Translations under genes and position numbers: made by a program
Shown here: piece by piece, positions 25,326 through 35,515 of the stretch
Layout of the letters: every line of letters starts with the position of its first letter
Position numbering within the stretch: the first letter of the stretch is position 1
DNA from: Eukaryota sp. GEM-RC1
Lineage: Eukaryota
Reading direction: 5' to 3'
Length of the DNA: 64,000 bases
NCBI GenBank assembly: GCA_040285855.1
Contig: JAUFOQ010000004.1
Coordinates: 2,542,001-2,606,000, forward strand
Notes under the pieces: generated by a model
What the model saw: only the letters and a program-made list of their open reading frames with translations
Database searches by the model: none
Told to the model about the DNA's origin: nothing

Positions 25326-25449
25326 TAATGTCCGATTATAGTCACTGTAGATTATGTGGAGTGCTGTAAACAACAAGAAATTCAAGTGAATTGAAGATTT
25401 CCGCTGAGGAATTGTTTATAAAGTCAGATGTGTTGATGAAACAGTTGTT

Positions 25450-25592
25450 GAATTAAACAAAAATTAGAGTACCCCACCCTACGCCAAGTAGCCATAAGGG
25501 AGCCGGACTGCCACTGTCACACCGCAGTGCAATGGTGGAGGACAATCCAGTTGTGACTATTCTTGAGCAGTCACAATGTACTAAGGTATGTT
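25450..25592 (-). ncRNA. U1: U1 spliceosomal snRNA (variant 5' end ACAUAC)
   Basis: In order: 5' AACAUACCU; helix H AGUAC/GUACU; SL I 8-bp stem with loop GCUCAAGAAU (U1-70K-like); SL II loop AUUGCACUGC (U1A site); SL III; Sm site AAUUUUUG. The ends are approximate. Confidence 0.9.
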
Positions 25593-25984
25593 AAAGAGAA
25601 AGTGAAAATTTGTAAATTTAAATAGATTTCACTAGTGCTCCCACTAGTGGGGGATCCTTCAAATGACTAAATTTAACTTTTCTCTTCACAATCCTTTGTG
25701 GAGGTGATGAATACAGCAATGATGTTTTACATACTGCTGGTTTGATGCTAAAACGCAAACTATCATCCATTACCTCATCCGTCTTGCACGGGAATTTTTT
25801 GTTAACTCAACAACTGTACTTGTATGTTTCTTAATGAAACTTCTTTATGAATGGTCTTCTGTGGTGTCCTTATAGTTCGGCGATGTTCCATTTGGAAACT
25901 TGTCACACAATCTCGTACATCTTGGTCTCTATGTGACTTTGACTCTCAAGACAAGAATATTTATTCAGAATATATACATCAAAA

Positions 25985-27763
25985 TTAGACCTTGTTAGAA
26001 GTCAATGGATTGAAAGACTGAGACTCAAAAGAGGCCAAACTCTTTCTAATCATAAAGAACACCAACCCTCCAACAACTACAGAAGCAATCAAACCAACAA
26101 TTACACCAAGGATTAGAGCAATTGGCATGTTGTTAGTATGAACAGCAGGTTCAACAAACTTTACCACTGTGGGATCCTGAGTAGCAGCATCATTGGGATG
26201 AAAAGACAAATCCTCATTCAAATAGCTCTCAGAAGTGAGTAGAGCATTCTCACCACCAAAGAACAACTTTACGGAAGTGATAAATCCAGTTACCGGACAT
26301 CTCATGAACTGAACAAGCATCCTACCATAAGCTGAATCAGCATAGTAAACATTGCTATGAAAATGAGAGAGTTCTAAAGGCAGATGATTGTACCGGCATT
26401 CAGAATCAACAATAGAATCACTTAAATTCAAGACAAGAGAACCATAGAAAGGATGGTGCCATGAGGTTTCACTAAAATCTGAAGGAGAGATTGATGATTG
26501 CAAACTGTCTTTCACAACAGGAACACCATCAAACTTGGATGGAAGAGGTGAAAAATCGTCCTTGAACCGTGTTCCCATATCGTTTGTGAAGGAAAAAGCT
26601 GACAATGGGTCTATTTCGTCTGGTAGAGGAACACCTCCTGTCATGTACTGATAGAGTCCTAAAAAGGCAGTAACCATAAGGTTGTCGTTACCCCCGTAAA
26701 TGTTGTTGAGACCAGCAAAACCATAATCAACTGCTGGGCAAGCAACATACAAAGAGGTATGTCCAAAGGAATTACCACCATGTGAGTAGCATCGGATGCC
26801 CATCACGTCATAGATGAACACCCCACGTCCAAGACCCACTGGAGTAACAGCACCATCGCCAAACAGCATTGTTCCTCCAGGGTAGAAGTTTCCCATTTGT
26901 CTCATTGGAGCATGAGAGGAGCTGTTGATGACAGGGAGGAACCATTGGGTGAATTCAGCTAGTCCTTTAAGAGACAGAGCTAACCCCCAGCAGGAGCACT
27001 GCTGTGGCTAAGTCCCTCATCCATGGCTTGAGGAGGTTCATATAATTCTCCAGTCTCTTCATCGACCATATACCCCTTAGAGTAATCCATGTCATCAGCT
27101 TTAAGATCAGCAAGTGTATAGTAGCCCTTAGGTTTGGATTCCAGCTTGTTCAAGATCCGTTCTTGGATTAAGTCTTTAAAGTCAGTATCTTCAAGGTACT
27201 CTGGGATAAAACCAGCAAGGGAAAACGCGGCGTTATTGTAGAGGAACAATGGAGCACGGAACTCAGCCAGAGGCATGTAAAACTTCAGACTGTAGACGTA
27301 ATCTCGAAGGGACAGTTCTGGATTCGTAAAGGAGGGGAACGAGCCACTGTAAGCCCCAAAGCCTGTCTGATGGTAAACCAAATCTTGTAGTGTCATCATT
27401 GATGAACGGACTGGATCCCCACATTCCCAAAAGGGGGAGAATTGACGCAATGCGACTATCCCAAGTACACTTACCCTCAAGAGTGAGATTGTGGATCAGC
27501 AGCGTGGTCAGTGTTTTGGTGATACTGGCAATTGGAAAGTAGGTATCTCGGGTGACAGGATCTTCAGTATTGATGTCTTTCACTCCTGTGACATAATCGT
27601 GAACGAAACCGTCCTTTGTAACAATAGCATAACCTCCTCCTGGAGAAGGCAGCGTGGAATCAAACCAAGTATCAATAACAGCGTAATCCGTTTCGTCCGC
27701 TTTGCATGGAATAATGCTTACTAGGAGTAAAAGAGACGTAAATACATATACAATATTCATCAT
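25985..27763 (-). CDS. Beta-lactamase/penicillin-binding-protein-like serine hydrolase with signal peptide and C-terminal TM helix; frameshifts near 27432 and 26983
   Basis: SxxK (IASITK), YxN (YNN) and HGG motifs, with hydrophobic N- and C-termini. Confidence 0.85.
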
Positions 27764-30412
27764 TTTGTGAGAGGTATGAGTGCTTTTTTATGTTTCACCC
27801 ATAAAACAATGACAAGCGTGATGACACGTTTGTCAGTATTAGATTTAGCTAGCATTATCTCTGTCCACTCTTTCTTGTGTCAATCCCCATTATCCATCTC
27901 ATATGGTTTTCAATAAATTAGTTATAGATATTGCGTATAGTCCATTGATTTTTTGTTTCTAGGAAAAACGTTCCAAGGGTCAGAGGTTCCAGGACACAAT
28001 TACTACTGTCTTCTTTGTTCATATGTCATTTGTTAAGTTGACCCTTTTGTATTCTCCTTGTACGGCTCTCTTGGTGAATCAGCACAATCATTACTGCAAA
28101 TCTTTCCTAAGAAAGAAATCAAATAATTTAATAAAGAAATCAACATCTACGACTTTTGGTCATAGATTTTGGAAAAATAAAAGTGTGTTTGCTGTATTTA
28201 AAGGTATGCTGACTTCTGTATCTAGCGCTTTATTATCTCTTGGCAGACACTTTGAGGATAATGATTATTAGATGTATGTACACGGTAGTGTTGTTGTTCA
28301 TAAAATAATCATATGTGTTAAGTCTTAGCGCTTACATTTATACATAGAAGAATGTAAATTTACAGTCTTCTACATGTATGTATAACAAAAAAACATTTTA
28401 CTTGAAGACACCAACTTACCACGTACAATGTACACTAACCAAAACTAGAAGAAAGTAGAGTTAGGTTGTTGTGACAGAAGTGGTTGGACATAAATCTAAG
28501 TCAACAGTGATATTTGCGATGCTTGTGTGTGTGGCATTGAACGCTAACACGTAACACGGCTTGACACCTAACACGCGTGTTAACACGTGTGTAGAAGTAC
28601 CAAAATATTTTGTTGTTTAATAAATGAAGTATAAACCCAATCACTTGTTTTTATGTTGTGTGTATTTTTGAACGATTTATATGACTCAATCTTGAAAGAA
28701 TGCAAGGGATAATATTTACTTTCTGTCTTATTTGTTACATGACCACAGCTATATAATCCAAAAAGGAACTCACTGATAGTACAGCTTTTGCGATGATTAA
28801 AGGAATTGTTTTACAAACAGTTTAAACTATACTAACAGATGATCAAAACGGTTGTTATCCTTTTTTACTATTTTTCGACATCATTTATGCAGAGTTTTTC
28901 CCACTGCTCTTTTAGTACCCCTCTTTTCTCAAAAAGAAGGGGTAGATACTTCAAGTAAAGCACTGATCATGACATTCTACGAGGCTGCTTAAAGAAGACT
29001 TTTCAGTACCAATCCAGTATCATTAGACTTGCTGTTGAAGTGACAAAAGTATATAGTGACATTGGTTTTGATGAACCTACTTTTTCTTAACTTAAAAAAT
29101 TAAAATAGCATCAAACCAAGGGTGTCCAAAGCTATATTTCTTCCTTTGAAACTATATTGTTTTCTCTGAGAGAATATATTCTTTTGCTGCCAAAGAACTT
29201 AACTTCGGAGAATCTCAATTGCATTGTACTGTTCTTGACTTTGGTACATCTAGTTTTGTTTCATCGGGTTTATACCATATTTCTTTTGAGGGAAAACAAC
29301 TTCAACTTGATGTATTTTTCGAACACATCACTAAGCTAACAATCAATTAAGATTGTTGCTGTAAGACAGTAGAAGTATATAAACAGCTGCAGTTATCTCA
29401 TTTTTCTTTTGTTCATGAACAAGTGTTCCAACTGGTATTACCTCTGATATCAGTGGTGAAAAGAATTGTATTTTATGATGGAGCAGTATCTTCAAAAAAA
29501 TTCAAAAAATTCAGTTGATGATCTAGACGGTACTGGAAGGAAATTCCAGTTTCAAGAACTTCAACAACAACTCTTGGGTTGTGTATTGGGTATTGAAACT
29601 ACCCAATCCCATCATTTCAAATCTGGGAATGAAGTCAGGACTCAGTTGTCGGAGACGTTAGCATTATGTATGATGAGGAGTGTACAGTACTAGAAGTATA
29701 TGAGTGCACTGCCAAAAAGTGCTATCGTCTTCACTTCTGTATGGTACTTTTGTTGATAAGTCAAAACATTTCCATGAAAAATTCCTATAACAATGCCATT
29801 TAAATTAACAACGACAGTTTTGAACAATGAACAATTCTTGTTGCGGTGCTCGTTAGACCGAGAGTATTTTCGTCTACAACAATAAAAAAATGATTAAAAA
29901 TCCGATTGGATGACCGATCCGAAGTTGATCCGATTACAAGGTCTATTACAAAAGAAGATTATGATGTAAAATTCTTTCGTTATTTAGATATTTTAATAAC
30001 CAAAGGGTTCTGTGTCCATTTCACAACAGGATGAAGTCCAAGGTAGAAGTAGTTCAGTAATACCGGATATGATATTTCTTTTTTTTTTATGAACAGTGCT
30101 CAATGAAGATATAACAACTTGAAGCACAATTGATTGATTAATTATATGTAGCAGAATGAAAACAAGGAGGTTCAGTAGAGCTTCTCACAAATTACTAGCA
30201 TACCATGTGTCACTTTCAACTCTTGTTTCCAAAGTCCTCTAGTGTAGTAGATTGCTTTATCAAAGAGATTTCTTCTGAATGTGATGCTGTAAGGCTGTGA
30301 TGCAAGCGTATTTGAACACGCATCTTAACTTGGTAGTAAAGAAGTGAAACTTTACTGCAGTGCTGTGCAATAAATATTGCACGTCTTTTGATGCGCAATA
30401 TATTTATTGCAA

Positions 30413-30811
30413 TAAAGTAAAATATGAAATTGAAGCCCCTCCACGTAATAGTGGCCCCCACGCAATAGTGGCCGATTTTTGGATGGGGCTTATACGGAGA
30501 GGCCTCACCACGTAATAGTAGCCCCTGGTTATAAAGAATTTTGAAGTATCGATCTTCGAGGATTTGGCCATATTGTGTGAGTTAGAATTGGGTGAGTCAC
30601 ATGTGGAAGTTGTTGATGAGTAACTGTTTTTATTGTTTTTGACAGTGAATCCACTACATGCGACACAACTGAGACTTCAGAACATGATTTGGTAAGGGGC
30701 TTATAGAGAGAAGCCCCACCACGTAATAGTAGCCCCCACGTAATAGTAGCCGATTTAAAGATGGGGCTTATACGGACAGGCCCCGGGGCTTCAATTTCAT
30801 ATTTTACTTTA
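30413..30811. mobile_element. 399-bp MITE with perfect 27-bp inverted ends and internal direct repeats
   Basis: TAAAGTAAAATATGAAATTGAAGCCCC and its exact reverse complement, plus five CCACG(T/C)AATAGT(A/G)GCC copies. Confidence 0.8.
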
Positions 30812-31489
30812 TATTTCCAATATATTGCAATATGTCACAACGAGATTTAAGCAGAGTAACTCTAACAAGTCTTGTTCATAAGAACACTTTCTTTCACTGC
30901 ATATCCACTCCAAGTCCAAAAAAAGTTAAAAGGGGACCTACAGTTGGTTTCTACATCTCTATTGTCATCACTCACCACATACTTCAAGCAAGGAGATTTG
31001 TGGAAACTGGTACATGTGTTAATTTACGTATCAATCAAGACACGTTCCAATCATAGTGGCACCCAGCAATACAATTTATTTTTTTCGATCCCTGCCCAAA
31101 GTCTGTATCAGGAAGCGGGAAGTCTTATCATATAGTAGGTGGGACTGTAATGAACGTGGTATTCGTACGTGACGATTCGCTTAAAAGTTGAAACATGCAT
31201 ATACATCACATCATAGGATCCATTGGAAGTAAATAAGTATTAATACCAACAGAAGAGTAAAGTAGAAAGATGGGTTGTGAAGTCTGAGCGTCCATTATGA
31301 TCAGAAGCGGTGTCAAGATTTACAGTACGTTAAGAGTATTTATTTTTTGCAATGTTAATGAATAGATACATGCATCTATCTGAAAGGGTAACCGACTAAA
31401 AGCTCTGACGGTCTACTACATGTAGTGGGTGATTTTCAGTCAGTCAATTTCAGCTGGACGTCTCAACTTCTTACATTTTCACGAACCAA

Positions 31490-31648
31490 ATTTTACCCAA
31501 AATATTGCAATATATTTCAATTATTTATTGCAATCATCTCAGTTTCCAATATATTTATTGCAATGATCGCATTTTCCAATATATTGATTGTACATTTTTT
31601 ATGCTAGAAATATATTGCAATACAATGTATATTTTATTTCGATCCCTG
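31490..31648. mobile_element. Right end of a hAT-like element (CAGGGATCG family) with ATTGCAAT repeats
   Basis: Ends in TTCGATCCCTG, as at 31084-31094; the related end at 46362-46373 reads TTCCGATCCCTG. Confidence 0.5.
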
Positions 31649-31652
31649 GACC

Positions 31653-32203
31653 ATGTCCACTCAACAATTTATTGATAAACCTTTAGTCTGGTTCGATGGA
31701 GAGTATACTGGCTTGAACATTTCTAAAGATCGCGTTCTTGAATATGCTGTCATCATAACTGACTCCGATCTGAACGTTGTTGATACACTTGGACCTATCG
31801 TATTGCATCAAAGTGATGAACTTCTTGCTACCATGGATGAGTGGTGCACCAGAACTCATACTGATAGCGGACTTGTTGCCAAAGTCAAGGAGTCTTCTGT
31901 AACCGAGGGCGAAGCCCAAACCCTCCCTCTTCGATTTCATCTCTAGGTATTGTCGTCCTGGAGAAGGAATCCTTGCTGGGAACACTATTCACGCTGATAT
32001 GGTTTATGTGAAGAAGTTTTTCCCCAAGGTGGCTAACCATTTGCACTACCGCCTCGTTGACGTCTCTACAATCAAGGAAATCTATGCTCGCAAGTACCCC
32101 GCCCTTCCCCCCCTTCGCCAAGAAACTCAGCCATCGTGCTCTGGATGATATTCAAGAAAGTATCGCTGAGCTGAAGTATTATTATGAGACCATTTTCAAG
32201 TAA
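31653..32203 (+). CDS. orn: Oligoribonuclease (Orn/REXO2); frameshifts near 31925 and 32110
   Basis: LVWFDGEYTGL, MDEWCTRTH..SGL, LAGNTIH.D, HYRLVDVSTIKE and HRALDDIQESIAELKYY. Confidence 0.93.
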
Positions 32204-32216
32204 GTACTCAGAGTAG

Positions 32217-32270
32217 AGTTGCTCGGACTCAGCGTACTCGAAAGTCTGAGTACGCTGAGTCCGAGCAACT
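32217..32270. repeat. Perfect 23-bp inverted repeat with 8-nt loop
   Basis: AGTTGCTCGGACTCAGCGTACTC-gaaagtct-GAGTACGCTGAGTCCGAGCAACT. Confidence 0.95.
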
Positions 32271-33359
32271 TTATACTCAAGTCTATTCCATTATCTTATT
32301 TTTGTTTGGAAATTGTCATAATACATCCGTTTTAGTAGTGCGCTTTAAGTGAAACAAACGTTTATCGTTTTAAGATCTACAGCAAGTGTATAAGTTGTTT
32401 GACATTATAGTGGCGACTCACAACAATTCGACTTTGTGAATTTGTGCAATCACATCACAAGCAATATTTTTGTGATATTTGTGATTTAACATCACAATAC
32501 TGTATCACTATGATTGATCAATATTTATTTTAGAAAGTGAAAGTTACAGCTGCAGTACGCGTTGTCTAGTTCTTACGCTTAATTTCACACTTAGAAAAAG
32601 AAGACCTTTGGAGTTATTAGTACATGTAGTAAGGTTCAACAATATTCCAAACCCGACCTTTGACTAATACAATCAAAGTGCTTCACTTTTTTGACTTTTA
32701 AAATGGGCTATCAGATTTCGTAACTCTCCAATCGTATCCCAAAGGAAGTTCCTCAATTCTTTTATGGAGTCTTAAATAGATGGGGAATATTAAAACAATT
32801 TTTTAAAAAACAGTCATTAATTGCTTCCTCGGATCCGATGTAAAATTTGTTTGTATGTCATAAGTTGGTGAATCGAGTTCTTGTACTTAACAACAATTAT
32901 GACAGTAATACACACATGGTATTGAAAAATCTTTAAAATTACATGGCACAACAATCAAATCACAAAAATTTGTGACTTCGCATCCATGTTTTGACATTTC
33001 ACAAATTTAATCTCCAAATATAAAGTTTAGATTTTCACCTAGATTTTTACTCTAAGAACATTAGGGAATGAGTTTGAGAGGTCTGTTTTATATTTGTCGT
33101 GCTGCCTTTAGTTCAGGTAATTGTTTACATTTAAATCATCAAAAGTCTACTGTTTTAGCACTAGGATTTAAGATACAGACAATTATGTGGTACAACGATA
33201 GCGAAAAATGATGGTACAAAATTAGCTTCACTCCTTAAAAGAGGCAAAAAGAGAAACAATGTAGAATGTAGTTTGTATTCTCTTGGTTTATCATCTAAAT
33301 AACTTTGATCTTTTTTTTTGTTATCTATATGTTTATTATAAATGTAATAGATCAAACAA

Positions 33360-35370
33360 CTAGAATTTGATATCATTAAAACAACACCCGTCGCTATCAA
33401 ACCTTACAACAGCTTTGTCCTCATAAAACGAACTCACTGATAATAAAGCTTTGGAGATGATTAGGGGAACTGTTTTAAAAACAGTAAAAACGATCCGATT
33501 CAACCATAACATATGATCAAAACGTTTGTTCATCCTATTTTTTACGATTTTTCCGAAATCGTTTAAAAAATGCAATGCACTTTTCCTAAACGTCCGTAAA
33601 TTGAAACGGCAAAAGGGCATAATTCGTACTCAACATGTTTAACATGTTTTAAAGCCATCAATGGTTTTCTGTACTTATCCTGTTTGGCCTGTTCAGAAAT
33701 GTATAAAGGAGAAGTTTCAGACGAAGCGTTCTTTAAAGATGTCTTTTTACAAACATCCACTGACACTACATCAACAACAAACAATTTGTCTGAAGAAGAA
33801 GGGACAACAACATCTGCTCTCCGTTTACCAAAAAATTGGTTCTGTTTTTCGACATTACAATTATTACTTGGTTCTTAAGATCTTAGAAGTGGTTCAACAA
33901 ATAACTCAATTTTGTAAGACTTACACATAGCATGTATTTGATCTCTTACAGCATCATGCATACACGTTCGATAAGTTATGTAGCGATTACAACTTAACAG
34001 ATGAGAAAACGTTAATTGTTCTCCACAACTACATTGAAGATCATTTGGCAAATTAAATGGCCATAAATAACAACGAAGTCTCATTGTAGTGGTCCATTGA
34101 TGATCATTTAATAACAAACCGTATACTTGTGGAATTTGATTGATTAATGCCACAGCAGAACTCTCCTTTAAATCAATCAAAAAATTAGCGAAAGCTGGAT
34201 TTTTTCCTTAGCCGAGCTAAGACGGACTGTAAAATCTACACTTTCAAAATATTTTAATAAATGATTTTGTAGATTTTTAAAGCAAACTTTAAAGACAAAA
34301 TGTTTCGACATGGAATTTCTTTGATATCAACAGGAAAGCAAGTTGACCATAGCTCAGGAGAAAGATTTCCTAATTCACCACGGAGATGATTAAGATAAAA
34401 GCTGCTAGTACTTTCAAGAAGAGAAGTTCTTGATGGATATCGATTACAAAACTCGATTACAAAATTCTTTCCACCACCAATCAAAGCTGCTTTAGTCCAC
34501 CATTTAGAAGATGTAAATCCCAAACCTCCAAGACATGGACTGGAAAATGTGTGGTTATTTAAAATATTGGGGTTGACTTGAAGAAGAAAAGAAAGAAAGT
34601 CTGTGCGAATTTTGTTAAAAGCTCTACAGAAATCATACGATAACTCAGGAGCAGGGGACCTTAAAAGATGAGTAATTTTGCCAGAATAACAAATTTTGAG
34701 CATGAAGAATTTTAAATGTTTTTCAATTTCAAGAACTTTAATCTTATCCAACTCTTGTTGAATCGAATTCAAATAATCATCAAGGTTTTTGACAATATCT
34801 TCCTTTTTACCAAAAAAAACAACCAAGAAATCTGAAACTTGAAGCAGAATAACTAATGAAAGGGACTTCAATTGAACGAATTGTTAATAACTTTGGTTCT
34901 TTTCCTATAACGGAACATTTTTGAATATTTAAATTTAAACCAATCTCTTCATACAAAGTGGCAGCTTCTGCAGAAATTGCTTGTATAGTCTCAAAAGGTG
35001 TAATAAAAGAAATGTCATCCATATAAGCCACAATTTCCAAATCCTTATACTTGGATTTAAGATAGTTGAGAATGGGGTGAATAGCAAGGCAGAAGAAAAA
35101 AGGTCCAAGAGGATCGCCTTGTTTAACACCGGTTAGTGAAGAAAGATTAGCCGAGTTGTAGACCAAATCAGACGAATTACCATAAAAAATATGAAAAAAA
35201 GATTCCAATTCTGGAAAATGTTCTTGTAATTGTGGCAAAATAACAGCACGTTTAACAGAGTTGAATGCGTTTTTAAAGTCAAGATTAAAAACATAATTGT
35301 CAATTTTGGTGTTCAAAAAAAGATCAGAAGTCAAAGCTGCATCTGAAGCACCATCAATTGTTTTAATTCC
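33360..35370 (-). mobile_element. CRE/SLACS-like non-LTR retrotransposon (RT + CCHC + restriction-like endonuclease), 5'-truncated and frameshifted
   Basis: LDFKNAFNSV, GVKQGDPLGPFFF, AYMDD, FLGC, CSC..HLLSC, VDV..E.AK.DKY and PFAVSIYG. Confidence 0.9.
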
Positions 35371-35515
35371 ACTTTGATCTTGTGGGTAAACTTAATTGTA
35401 AAGTATCTTCAACACTAACAAGAAAAGAGATCAACAAAAGAAAAAGTTAATTAAAAGCCTGAAAAAATTCTATGATACACTATAAATAAATAACTACAAC
35501 AATCAATTAACTAAA

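Noticed and set aside
30441..30752. CRISPR-like array of CCACGTAATAGTAGCC repeats
   Set aside because: Spacing is irregular, some repeats are adjacent, the block is enclosed by TIRs, there are no cas genes, and the context is eukaryotic.
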